A program made the translations under genes and the position numbers. The notes under the pieces were generated by a model. The model made no database searches, was not told the DNA's origin, and saw only the letters and a list, made by a program, of their open reading frames with translations. Source: Octopus vulgaris (Eukaryota). From it: a stretch of DNA of 64,000 nt. The DNA lies in contig OX597822.1 in assembly GCA_951406725.2 (NCBI GenBank), positions 806,001 through 870,000 on the forward strand, in the 5' to 3' direction. This document shows positions 39,341 to 54,454 of the stretch, in pieces (positions within the stretch are counted from its first letter, which is position 1; each line of letters opens with the position of its first letter).

Positions 39341-40054
39341 AAAAGAATACCTGCAGAAGTTGGTGATGGTGGTATGGTGGTGTTGGTGGTGTTGGTGGTG
39401 GTAAGGATGGTATTGGTAGTGGTTTTGGTGGTGGCTATTTGTAGTGATGGTGGGCGCTGGCAGTTGTGATGGTGATGGCAGTGACAGCGGAGATGCTGGT
39501 TGCAATGGTGGCATCATCAATGCTGGTGTCCGCACTGCTGGTTCTGTTAAACGATGGTGTTTGTAGTAATGATAGAGACGCTGGTAGTTGTCGGTGATGT
39601 TGACGGTGACGGTGGTGGTGGTGGTGGTGGTGGTGGGGGTAACGGTGGGGACTGCATCAGTTAATATAGCTCATATTGTGTCTGAGGTTGGTTGTGTAAC
39701 AGCGATTCAGTGTCTCGCTGCTGGAAGTTTCGGAATTGTATGTGTAAAGGAAAAGTTACTTAGCGCTCGCCGACAGCGTGTGTTGTAGCTTTTAGTTGAA
39801 AAATGGCATCGTAAGAATAGCCAATATGATCTCAAGATTAACCTATTTCCGTTTCTGCTGACGGTCTTTCGCACTTTCATTCCTCCTAGGCCGTCGCAGC
39901 TATTATTCTATGCAACCAATGTTTCGCTATAGAAATATGACCGAATACGACGGACTAAGGAAAGCATTTTGAGAGGAATTGCGGGAGACAGTGTTTTCTT
40001 TTCTTCTTGCTTTTCATCAACGAAAGAGAAAGAAAGATAGAGATAGAGAGAGAA

Positions 40055-40094
<40 letters not shown>

Positions 40095-41076
40095 GGAGTG
40101 AATTCTCATGAAAAAGATAAAGATGTAAATGAAGAGAAAGATAACGAAAGAAGATGATCAAGAAGAAGAAAAGGGAGGGGGAGGAGGAGGAGAGAAGGAG
40201 AAGAAAAAGAAAAAGAAGTACTAGTAGTAGTAGTAGTAGTAGTAGTAGTAGAAGAAGAAGAAGAAGAAGAAGAAGAAGAAGAAGAAGAAGAAGAAGAAGA
40301 AGAAGAAGAAGAAGAAGAAGAAGAAGAAGAAAAAGAAGAAGAAGAAGAAGAAGAAGAAGAAGAAGAAAAAGAAAATAGAAGGGAGGAAATAGAATGAAAA
40401 GAAAAAAAGAAAGAAAAACAGAAAAGAAATAGACAATAAGTAAGCGGCAGAAGAAAAAATGGCAGCAGCAGCAGCAGCAGCAATAGTGGTAGTAGTAATA
40501 TTAGTAGTATTAGTAGTAGCTGAAGAAGAAGGAAGAGGAAGAGGAGGAAGAGGGGGAGGATGAGGGGGACGCGACAATGACGATGACAATGACGTCGACG
40601 ACGACGATGACGACGATGTTGATAATGTCGAAGATGAAGATGATTATGATGATGATGATGATGGTGATGGTGATGGTGATGGCGATGGTGATGGCGATGG
40701 TGATGACGAAGATGAATTCAGAAGCAAAGATTGTTCCTTTCAATAGTGCCTTAATTGATGGCTATTGAAGACGAGATAATGTAGTGAAATAAAGTGGAAT
40801 GACATTCCAAGGCAAAGAAAATGGTTCGCAGTGTTGCAAAGTTGCCCTTCAATCAGATACCGCCATTAATATATATCTAAGGATGTGCGTTTACATACAT
40901 ACGTACATACATACGTACATACATACATACATACATACATACATACATGCATGCATACATACATACATGCATGCATACATACATACATGCATGCATACAT
41001 ACAAAGGTACGTACGTACATGTGTACATACATGATATATATATGTATATATATACGCATATATACATACAACTGTA

Positions 41077-41143
<67 letters not shown>

Positions 41144-41624
41144 ATATATATATATATATATCTTTGTGTATGTGTGTGTGCATGTATGTATAAATGTATG
41201 TGCGTGGTTGAGTAGGTGTCTGTAGGTGTCTGTGCACCTGTAGGAGTATAGTGAATGTGTATATGAACGAAAACATATAAATTTCTATATATAAATATAG
41301 GTTTGTATACATACACATATGAATGCATACATACACATATATATACGTATATATATATATATATACATACATAAGTTTATATATACCTATGTATATGTAT
41401 ATATATATATATATGTTTATATATACATGTAAGTGTGTTTGTGCGTAATACACATATATACATAATCTATAAATAATATACATATATCATGTATAAAAAA
41501 TTCAAAAACATTTATATATAACTATGTACACATACATATAAATATACATATGCATACATATACCTACCAACCAACCTACCTACCTACCTACCTACCTACC
41601 TACCTACCTACCTACGTACATACA

Positions 41625-41659
<35 letters not shown>

Positions 41660-42288
41660 TTATGTACTCATTTGGGCGTACGTACATTCATGTGCGTGTG
41701 TTTGTGTGTGAGTGTGTATTTGAATGTGCTTGTGTGTGCGTGAGTGTATGCATGTATACGCTTAACATCCAACATTTTACTGAACAAAGCAGGCATCTAA
41801 TAAAGACAAACAAAATAAAAATTAATAAATAAAAGAAGGAAATTTTAGGTTTTTAACACTTTTGGTATAAAAACCATCGTAAAAATTATATTTTGACAGA
41901 TATAACTTTTTGGACGATTTTAATCTTTAAACACGTTAAATGTATTTCGCCGCCTCTCTCTGAGTGTCTTTTTTTTTCTTTCTAATACGCTATGAGATTC
42001 ATTGTAAGACACAGAGCTATTAGTTGTTGCAGTAGTACTGTAGTTGTTGTTGAAACGATGATGTTGGTTATGGTAGGAAAAATTGATGTAAGTCATTTCT
42101 GGGGTAATAACATAGTGTCATTGGTGGTGTCCGTAATGATTGGTGGTAGTTGTAGTGAGGGAAGTGGTGGCAGTGACTCAAAGAAAATATTCTTTTGAAG
42201 TAAAAAGTTTACACTTAATTTTCCCTGAATCCTGTCAATACTTATACAAAATATTTGTTTATGATGTTGGCGCATACCCATGAATTCG

Positions 42289-42401
42289 CTACATGTGGAT
42301 ATGGGGTAACACCGAAAATCTGCGGCGTTCATTCAATGAAAGTACTCTGTTTAGTGGAATCATGCCTACTAGAGAAGGAGCCAATTGGTTCTGTGAATTA
42401 C
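42289..42401 (-). CDS. Candidate last coding exon of a small secreted peptide (G-NSQNQLAPSLVGMIPLNRVLSLNERRRFSVLPHIHM-stop)
   Basis: Acceptor ...TCCTTTGACATATGTTTAG|G; phase-1 frame open for 36 codons, matching the upstream exon phase. Confidence 0.3.
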
Positions 42402-42701
42402 CTAAACATATGTCAAAGGAATATAAGTAGACTTTCAATTAAATATCTTGTAAAATTTCTCTTCATGCAATGTTTCCCATGTTCTCATGATCTTCGTATT
42501 TGCTGAACTCTCAGTTTGTTCGGCAAGAGTTGTCGTCTTCGATGGTGACTAATGATTTGATACTAATGAAAGGGAAACGAAATACAATGCTTACTGTCAG
42601 TTTGACATAGGACACAACTAGTAAGTTAGCAAATTGATTTGCTTATTTCTCTAGGAGTAAGCCCTAAAACCCGAGATCTGCAGTAAGACCAAGGAACTCA
42701 C

Positions 42702-42774
42702 CTGCTACAAGTACAATAGCTAACATCAAATGACCGGGAAGTATTTCTTCATAGTAGCATCGTTCCATCTGCTT
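42702..42774 (-). CDS. Candidate signal-peptide-encoding exon (...LMLAIVLVA-G)
   Basis: Strong acceptor CCTCCATCTATCTCCCATTCTCAG| and consensus donor CAG|GTGAGT; 73 nt, open frame ending in phase 1. Confidence 0.35.
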
Positions 42775-43379
42775 CTGAGAATGGGAGATAGATGGAGGAT
42801 AAAGGGGTTAAGCAAATTTTATAAAGAGAAAAACAAAAACAACGAAAAAGACCCTACTAAAAAAAAAAACAGAACCAAATCTCCTAAAACAAACACTAAA
42901 AATTCGTGGTGGCTTATACTTCATGCGAAGAAGAAACGCTCTCCGTTGAGGAAGCATCCAAATCGTACCCTGAGCGGTGTTCCTAGCTCCTTTCCTACTT
43001 GAAATAAATGAAACTCACAGTAATATGCAAGAATACAATATACACAAGAAATATTCGAAAGATGATCCGCACCAAGAAGGAAATGTGATCACATTTCAAA
43101 CGAAATTAAAAGGACAGAATAATAGCTTAAATATCCGACAGACCTTACAAGGCATTTTCAATGATACAGAAGACAAGATTCTTCACTTATAACGCAAGAG
43201 TTACCCACGAAAGTGTTTATAATTTCTAGCCCCTAAGAGCATAAGAGGGTAACACGAGTGAAGCGTGACTGGAGTGTCTTGATGAACGTAAGTGAATGCT
43301 TTAAATATTTAAATAAATGTTCAACATTGGTGCATAGTAGAGGATTAATGGCGGTCAAGACCGACGGCGTTCTCAAAGA

Positions 43380-44143
43380 AAATCTGGCGTCGACGAAAAC
43401 CAGCTAGCTAGTGCTGATCTGTTCTGAGGACTGTCTCTCTAGGGTCCATGGATAATTGCCAGAAATTTGATACCTGGCCTAGCAGTACTATCGAAGTGTT
43501 TGACGTCTCGGGACATACTCTACAGAACTGGTAATGCAGTCAGCGGCGCTTGTTCGAGATGTGCACAGAGCCACTAAACCATGATGCAATCACTTGTCGC
43601 GTGTTTCAGAATTGTTGACTTGTGCAATTTTATCGAACACATGCTATCAAGAATGGGACCAACCCGGCTATCAGCTCTGTTATCAAGATGATCCCATCAC
43701 CTTTATTTGGCGGAGGAATATAGTGAAAGACGTTGCGTAGAGGACGAGATTGAAACGGTTGAAGACAGACCCTTTCCTATTTGGTCAAACCTCGTCAGCT
43801 TTTCAAGTTCCACTCGAGCATGAAAATGAGTGTGGGGAGGATAGTGTCAATTTCCAACAATTTTTTTGTAAGGTGGATGACAGTGGCGTGAGCGATCCGA
43901 CAGAACAATCCTGCTCTGATCATGTGCTTTTAGAATTGGAAGACAGGTTAGAGAGGGCGCTTACCTCAGTGTTAAGGGTGACTAAGCTTTTGTTGGGGGG
44001 TTCCTATGGGTAGTCATCGGAGTTCTCACCGGAATTCTTTTGCGTGTGTTTACGTGTTGTTTTCACGTAAATCTGTTACCGGTTTTGTAACCCCTCTTTA
44101 GTAATGTCCCCGTCTTATGTGAAACCATGTGGCTAATAAAAGA
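43380..44143 (+). mobile_element. 3' end of a Tx1/L1-clade LINE (degraded ORF2 C-terminus + 3' UTR)
   Basis: Frameshifted GSMDN..., RDILYRTGNAVSGACSRCAQSH*TMMQSLVAC (zf-RVT-like CCHC), RTRLKRLKTD; ends GTGGCTAATAAAAGAA before a microsatellite. Confidence 0.75.
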
Positions 44144-44149
44144 ACTATA

Positions 44150-44236
<87 letters not shown>

Positions 44237-44342
44237 TATTATTATAATAATAATAATAATAATAATAATGATAATAATAATGATAATAATAATAATAGTA
44301 ATAATAATAATAATAATGATAATAATAATAATAATAATAATG

Positions 44343-44421
<79 letters not shown>

Positions 44422-44423
<2 letters not shown>

Positions 44424-44948
44424 TAGGCCAGACATCATATTGAAAGACTTCAGACAAAGAACATGCCTCCTCATTGATATGACTGTCCCAATCGATATAA
44501 ACGTATCTGTCAAGACCTACCAAAAACTGAGCAAATATAAAGATCTTGAAATAGAAATCAGCAAAATGTGGAACCTGAAGACTAAAACAATACCTGTTGT
44601 CATAGGTGCCCTGGGAATGATAGCGAAAGGGACTGATTGCTACCTAACTCAGATACCAGGAAACCCCAAAATGGCAGAAATTCAAAAGATAGTGCTCATG
44701 GGAACTGCTCATATCCTACGCAAAATACTCTCTATGTAATCCCAAGGTTTAAAACAAACTTTTTTTTATTCTTATTTTTATTTTTTTTTATTTATTTTTT
44801 TTTTTTTATGTATTAGACATTCACTAGTACAACACCAAAAAAAAAAAAAACCCAAATATATGGCACAACTTCCAACCTGTTGTCTCTTGAGGTCTCTGGG
44901 TGAGACTTGGAGCCAACTTGTACAAATGTAAAGCAAAAGTCAAACATA

Positions 44949-44950
<2 letters not shown>
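44422..44950 (+). mobile_element. Dong/R4-clade LINE 3' fragment (restriction-like endonuclease domain + 3' UTR), family B
   Basis: NRPDIILKD...LLIDMTVP...KLSKYKDLEIEISKMW...PVVIGALG; (TAA)n on both sides. Confidence 0.92.
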
Positions 44951-45004
<54 letters not shown>

Positions 45005-45080
45005 GTTGTTGCTGTTGTTGTTATTCTTCTTCTTCTTCTTCTTCTACTTCTTCTTCTTCTTCTTCTTCTTCTTACATTAT

Positions 45081-45300
45081 AGGCGGTGAGCTGGCAGAAT
45101 CATTAGCACGCCGGGCGAAATGATTAACGATATTTCGTCTGTATTTACTGCCGCTACGTTTTGAGTTCAAATTCCGCCGAAGTCGACTTTGCCTTTTATC
45201 CTTTCGGGGTTGATGAAACAAGTACCAGCTACGCACTAGGCTCGACAAACTCCCCCCGCCCCCACCAAAATTTCGGGACTTGTGCCTATAGTAGAAACAA
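45081..45300 (+). mobile_element. OK-like SINE
   Basis: Head, core and tail B. Confidence 0.85.
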
Positions 45301-45312
45301 ATGTTGTTGTTG

Positions 45313-45386
<74 letters not shown>

Positions 45387-45553
45387 TTATTATTAGTATT
45401 ATTAGTATTATTAATGATGCTGCAATTATTTATATAAATTTATAGTCTTTTAAGAATAGTAATTTACTTATTAATTAGCGAGACGTCCAAAGATGGAAGG
45501 AAGTAATAAAACGAAACTGACGCCCACCCCAAAAATTAAAAACAAATGTCTAA

Positions 45554-45585
<32 letters not shown>

Positions 45586-45586
<1 letters not shown>

Positions 45587-45935
45587 GGCGCAGGAGTGGG
45601 TGCGTGGTAAGTAGCTTGCTTACCAACCACATGGTTCCGGGTTCAGTCCTGCGGCGTTGCCCCTTGGGCAAGTGTCTTCTACTATAGCTTTAGGCCGACC
45701 AAAGCCTTGTAAGTGGATTATACATATGTATGTATGTGTCTGTGTTTGTCCCCCCTCAACATCGCTTGACAACCGATGCTGGTGTGTTTACGTTCCTGTA
45801 ACTTAGCGGTTCGGCAAAAAGAACAGATAGAATTAGTACTAGACTTACAAAGTCCTGGGGTTATTTTCTCGACTAAAGGTGGTGATCCAGCATGGCCGCA
45901 GTCAAATGACTGAAACAAATAAAAGAATAAAAGAA
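45586..45935 (+). mobile_element. CORE-type SINE (OR2-like)
   Basis: Homologous to 28265-28710. Confidence 0.85.
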
Positions 45936-47101
45936 TATATATATATTCAAACTAAGCAACAAGAATGCCTGGAATATTGTTGCTTATTTCGATTATAATC
46001 ACCCCACGGATTTTTATGGATAACACCATACAGATTTCTAAATTAAGTACCATATTCATTTGAATCTAAATTTTTGCTGAACTTATATATATATATATAT
46101 ATATATAAATCAAACAAATTTATACATTTAAAATAAAATTTTAAAAATAATTGTAAACAATAGTTATAAATCAACAATAAGATAAGGATCACGGAATATT
46201 TGCTGCGAGAATTACAGCTGATATGGGATGTGATATGATGATGATGATGATGATGATGACGACTATGTAGAATATGGGGATGGTTGGCACGTAATTGTGT
46301 ACTTTGTTTTTGGGTGAGAATGTGCGGTCACGCAAGGAATTCAATATTCTGCCGCGTGAGTTGACGTAATGATAGAGAAAGAAGAAGAAGAAAAAAGGAT
46401 ATAAAGAAATGAGAAACCAGAAGCAATAAACACTAATAGAAACAGTAACGTCACCATCATCATCATCATCATCATCATCAACACCTTGATCATTATGATC
46501 CTCTTCTTTCTCCTCTTCCTCCTCGACCTCATCCTCATCATCGCCGCCGCCGCCGCCGTCGTCGTCATCATCAACAGCTTCGTCAGCAGCACTACTGCCA
46601 TGATCATAATCATGATCCTGAAGAACATCCTCCCACTCCTCCACCCCCTCATTCTCCTCCCTCATCCTCTCCCTCGTGATGATGATGAAGATCATCATCA
46701 TCATCATCATCAAAATCATCATCAAAATCATCATCAGCAACAACAGCAATAATATGAGCAGCTGTAGTAGCAGCGGTCGCAGCAGCAGCAACAGCAAGAT
46801 GATTGCCTCGATCGTCCTCATCGCCCTCCACAACCGTCCCCACCGCCGCCACCACCTCCCCGGTCAGCTTTACCAATAGCAGCAGCAGCAGCAGCACCAC
46901 CACCACCACCACAAGAACAACAACAAAAATAGAATAGCATCAACAATATGCGCAACAAAAAGCAAAACTGATTATAACGGGAACGACAACGATGACAACA
47001 CGAATAATAATAACAACGACAACGATATAATGAGGAAGAGTGGAGATAATGATGGAGATGATGATGATGAGGATGACGACAACAACAAAAACAGCAACAA
47101 C

Positions 47102-47200
<99 letters not shown>

Positions 47201-47435
47201 AAGAAGAAAAAGAAGTAAGATGAAGAACGGTTGAAATAATGTCAACTAAATGAGATATTAGTGAGTAAAAACAAGAGAGGGAAAGTAACAGGAGGAAGAA
47301 GCGAATACTGCTTCTGCTGCTGCTGATGATGATGATGAGGAGGAGGATGAGGTGGATGAGGAGGATGAGGAGGAGGAAGAGGAGAAAGAGGAGGAGGAAG
47401 AAGAGAAGGAGATGGAGGAGAATGAGGAAGAAGAA

Positions 47436-47482
<47 letters not shown>

Positions 47483-47589
47483 AGAAGAAGAAGAAGAAGG
47501 AGAAGAAGAAGAAGACGGAAAAGGTAGAAGAAATGAATAATAAGGAGAAAGAGAAGTAGGGGAAAACGATTGAGAAGAAGGAGGAGGAG

Positions 47590-47812
47590 AAAGTGTGGTA
47601 TTCTCCTGTGAGTTGGCTGACCTCAGTTGGCCCCTGAGGAACTGCCACCTCTCACCATTCTCAGATCCTGCTGTACCCACTGGGTATTACAGGCAGTCCT
47701 CACCTCTCAGCCATCGCACTGGAATTGCTTGCCTTCACATGGCTTTAGAGCCACCATCGAATTTCAACGATTCAATATAGCAATCAGGTGCTATAAACAT
47801 CTTACTTTGTAA
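47590..47812 (+). mobile_element. 3' end of a CR1/Jockey-group LINE ORF2
   Basis: Frameshifted SCELADL..P and HWNCLPSHGFRATIEFQRFN resemble the WNxLP...xxFK C-terminal motif of these LINEs. Confidence 0.55.
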
Positions 47813-47814
47813 GG

Positions 47815-48265
47815 CACTCTACGGGCAGAATCATTAGCACAGCGGACAAGATGCCTTATGACACATCGTCCGTCTTTACATTCTGAGTTCAAGCTCCACC
47901 GAGGAAAGCATATCTTTTTGTCTGTTCAGGGTCGATTAAATAAGTACCAGTTGATCACTGGGTTCGATGCAATCGACTAGCCCCTTCCTTCAAAGTTTCA
48001 GGCTTTGTGCCTATGGTAGAAGAAATTATTATTATTATTATTAAGGCAGCAAAAGGGGGCGAGCTAGCAGAATCGCTTATACGCCGGGCAAAATGATTAT
48101 CACTATTTCACCTGTCGCTACGTTCTGAGCTCGAAATCTGCTAAGGTCGACTTTGCCTTTTATCCTTTCGAGGTCGATGAAATAGGTACCAGTTGAGCAC
48201 TGAGGTTGATGTAATCGACACACCTCTCCACCAAAAATTCAGGCCTTGTACCTATAACAGAAAGG

Positions 48266-48270
<5 letters not shown>
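47815..48270 (+). mobile_element. Two older OK-like SINEs
   Basis: Degenerate heads and cores. Confidence 0.8.
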
Positions 48271-48298
<28 letters not shown>

Positions 48299-48831
48299 GA
48301 GTGAGAGGGCAGTGCTTGCCATCAAAGTGACACTGAGGTGAAATGTACGAAGCCCAGTATACCCATCATGACTACCCGTCTGATAAGGGTATACCAGGCA
48401 CATGCATCACAACCATATGTGTGCGACAGGGTGATCTCATACCAAGATAAACAGCGCATGACCTTGCAGGTGGGGCCCAGTTAGAATTTTCTTCTGGTCG
48501 AGTAGCCCATTCCTCTCAAAAGGTCCCTGAATAAGGATTGTTTAAGGATGTTGAAAGAACCACCCATGTTTCCAAAAGTGAATTATCCAAACCTCTAAGA
48601 ATTCCTTTCAACACACGGCTATGATGCTCCCCCACTACTTCTGCTTGTGATCAGAGATGCACATATCGTCAGCCGCTAAGGGAGATGGTCAACTGGTTAA
48701 GGTCAAACAACTAACAAGCAAATCTGTGGTATTGAGCAGAATATTTGCTGTAGCCCATCTTTTATACCAAGACAAAACAATGTACATGATAACACTTCCA
48801 ATCAGTTTAGATCAGGAGCCATGAGAGCCAC
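48299..48831 (-). mobile_element. ~550-bp (TAA)n-associated element, slightly 5'-truncated
   Basis: Homologous to 6513-7066 and 61000-61553. Confidence 0.85.
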
Positions 48832-50700
<1,869 letters not shown>

Positions 50701-50749
50701 ATTATTACTATTATTATTTTTGTTGTTGCTGTTGTTGTTATTATTATTA

Positions 50750-50814
<65 letters not shown>

Positions 50815-50959
50815 TTTCCCTTCTTCAAATTTTCTTCCATTTCTCGCCGGGTGTTTTCAGTACGCCTAAGGCAGGGAAGCTCATTGTATGCATTTCCAGA
50901 TTACACACGCAAATTCACAGGTAAAATATTGTATTTAAATTAAAATTTAAAGCTCATAG

Positions 50960-51350
50960 CATTGAATATTCTTGGTGAATGCGTCACACACGACCATAAA
51001 TATACCACAAAAAACATCAAAACAAAAAAAATTCTCCTGATCAATAACTCACCACAAACATATAACAAACTGCAAATGATGCACGTGATATACATATTTG
51101 AGAGTAAAACTTAAAGTTGCAAACTTCAAGGCACAAAGCTGTTACATTGGACAGACCAGTACAACCCTCTCACGTAGGTTCACTATGCATTTACAATATT
51201 ATTACACAACATAATACTATTCACCACAAAATGAAATTAAATAGGGAAATACTAGTGAAAAATATGTGCTTATAAAATACAAAACCATATGATTAATTAT
51301 GGAAACCATACGCATATTTTAATACTATGCCAAAATTAACATGCAAAGAC
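50960..51350 (+). pseudogene. Degraded PLE GIY-YIG endonuclease fragment
   Basis: HVIYIFE... followed after a frameshift by CYIGQTSTTLSRRFTMHLQ. Confidence 0.7.
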
Positions 51351-51899
51351 ACACACCATGTGGATATGTATGTATGTATGTATGTAGTTATGTATGTATA
51401 TATATATTATACATATACACATACACACATATATGTATATGTATGTACATATACATGTGTGCCTATATATATATATATATATATATATATAGCGTAAGAA
51501 ATGAATTCAGTGACTCGTGTGACGATTTGTGTAAGCGTGTGTATTCGTACACATATAGTTGCCTGCGTGCTTATTTCTGTGTCTATATATCTCTTATACG
51601 CCCTCAATTGCTCTACACTCGTACAATGTGGCACGTTACTCTGACCCTTACAACCGAATCAAACCCTTTTCTCCACACATCTCCCTATTCTTCTCCCCCG
51701 TTCTCTCTCCCTTCCAACTTCCACTGCACATCTCACCCCCCGAACTACAACCCCATTTCCCCCCCGCAATACCTACCTCCCGTTTACTCACCTTCTACTA
51801 CACGTTCTCCGTCGACGTCACTATCTTCCACTCTATCTATCACTTTCAGTTCCCGCCATTTTATTAACCATCACCGTAGAACTGAGCTATATTCCCCTC

Positions 51900-52180
51900 A
51901 GCCATTTGTCTAAGCCACATCGTGGCATGAAACTGACGTGTGTGGTGGGATCAAGAGCGTCAGAGCGTAACTATTTGATGTCAACATCAGTCATAGTAAT
52001 ACACGCACTTCATGTCAAGTGGACAAGGATGACGGCGCATGTGCAAAGAGTTTCCGGTTGCGCCGGCGCAGTACACCACCAAATCGAAGAATACCCTTGC
52101 TCTATGCATCACCCGTTCATTGTTAACGGCCTTGCTCCAAACACAATGTCTCTATCCACACCGCCTTCTCATATTTTGTA
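51900..52180. promoter_or_regulatory. CpG-retaining unique island with NRF1-like and ETS-like motifs
   Basis: GCGCATGTGC (52035), TTTCCGGT (52051), palindrome TGCGCCGGCGCA (52059-52070). Confidence 0.35.
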
Positions 52181-52804
52181 ACATTATTTACGCTTTGGAT
52201 TTATGAATATATGCACGTGTATATACATACATACATGCATACATACATTCATATACACATACATATATGTGTGTGTATTCATATACATGTACATGTGAGC
52301 ATATATGCATATATCGATGGATGGATGCATGCATGTATGAGTATATATACACACACTCATATATATGGGTTAATTAACTTATGTTCTGTATAAATGCATG
52401 CATGTATGTATATATATTTGTGTGTGTGTATGCTTATGTGCGTATATGTGCCTATAGATATGGGCTTATACATACATAGTGTGCATAGATATATATACAT
52501 ACACACATACACACATACACACACATATGAATACACGTTTTACTAAATATATATGTGTATCTAAGTTTGTAACCTTACAGTTGTATATATTACTTATAGT
52601 ATGTATACTACATGTATCTATATATGTATATGTGTCTTTATATACATATAAATATACATACATATATATATATACATATATATATACATACACACATATA
52701 TATATTTACATACACATACATATACGCACACACATATATAACACGGAACCGAATCAAACTGTTATAAATTATATATATATATAAATATATACACACATAT
52801 ATAA

Positions 52805-52869
<65 letters not shown>

Positions 52870-52974
52870 TGTGTGTGTGTGTGTGCGCGTGTGGAGGGAG
52901 TGTATATATGCATGTATGAACACGAAGAACAAAATAAGACGGGAAATTTTCTTGTTGTTGTTGTTCTTCTTCTT

Positions 52975-53054
<80 letters not shown>

Positions 53055-53633
53055 AATACTACTACTACTACCACTGCCACTGAGGCTTTTGCGGTTTTTT
53101 TTCTTCTCTCTCCTCCCCGTTGATCCACTGCACCTTTGTCTACAATTAGTGACACAAGGGGCTGGGAGATTTCATCTGCTCCGTTGCCTCCGAAATGAAT
53201 AAAAGCATGACCCTTAATGAATTGAGAAACTAAAAAGAAACAACAACAGCAGTGACGGCCGCGGCGGTGGCAGCAGCAGGGGCAGCAGCAGCAGCAGCAG
53301 TGACACCAGCGACAACAACAAAAACAAAAGTGTGAAATGCAAGAAAACAATAACAAAGGCAAATCCAACGCTGCAAAAAGCGGTGGCAGCATGGATAGAC
53401 CTGCTATTATTTGTAGTAATGTCACCACCATCACCACCACCACCACCACCACCACCACCACCACCACCATCATCATGATCATCATCGTCGTCATCATCAT
53501 CATCAACATCGTTAACTTCATAATTTTCTTCTTCCTCCACATTCTCATCATTATCAGCGACATCATCATCACTATTACCATCGTCATCATTATCATCATC
53601 GTCATCACTACCACCACCACCACCATCATCATT

Positions 53634-53678
<45 letters not shown>

Positions 53679-53791
53679 GTAAACTTCATAATTTTTTTCC
53701 TCCTCCACATTATCATCATATCACCGACATCATCATCATCACCATTGTCATCGTCATCATCATCATCATCATCATAATCATCATCATCATC

Positions 53792-53828
<37 letters not shown>

Positions 53829-54093
53829 ACATCACCACCACCAATAAAACCACCACCGCCACCATCACCATCATCATCTTCATATTCACCCGCATTGAAG
53901 AAAACAATTGCCGCACCTTTTAAATATTAATTTAGCTGAGCAGTGGAGCAGTCAAGAGATGTACATAAATAATAGTAAATTCTTCACTATATGTATGTGT
54001 GTGTGTAAGTATGCACATATATTTCCATCCATCCATCCATCCGTCCATCCATCCGTCCATTCATCTATCCATCCAACCATTCATCTATTCTGC

Positions 54094-54184
<91 letters not shown>

Positions 54185-54348
54185 AATAATTTTATTCGTA
54201 GTTATATTTGAAAACTATCAAATTGTATGATCACTTAGTATTCTTCAGAATTGCAGCGTATTTATTTAAACATTTTAACAAGTGAAAGGTTGACAGTGGC
54301 TTCAAAGTTCTTTTTGGCTACTTTTATCTGTCTCTTCTTCTATCACTT

Positions 54349-54435
<87 letters not shown>

Positions 54436-54454
54436 TTATATATACACCCACATA

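Noticed and set aside
46189-47680. Overlapping low-complexity ORFs
   Set aside because: Trinucleotide tracts; no domain signal apart from the LINE remnant at the right end
47590-47812. 7SL/SRP RNA or host exon
   Set aside because: No SRP conserved motifs; better explained as a LINE C-terminal remnant
52769-53916. 316-aa and His/Asp/Thr-rich ORFs
   Set aside because: CAT/CAC/CTA microsatellite mosaic
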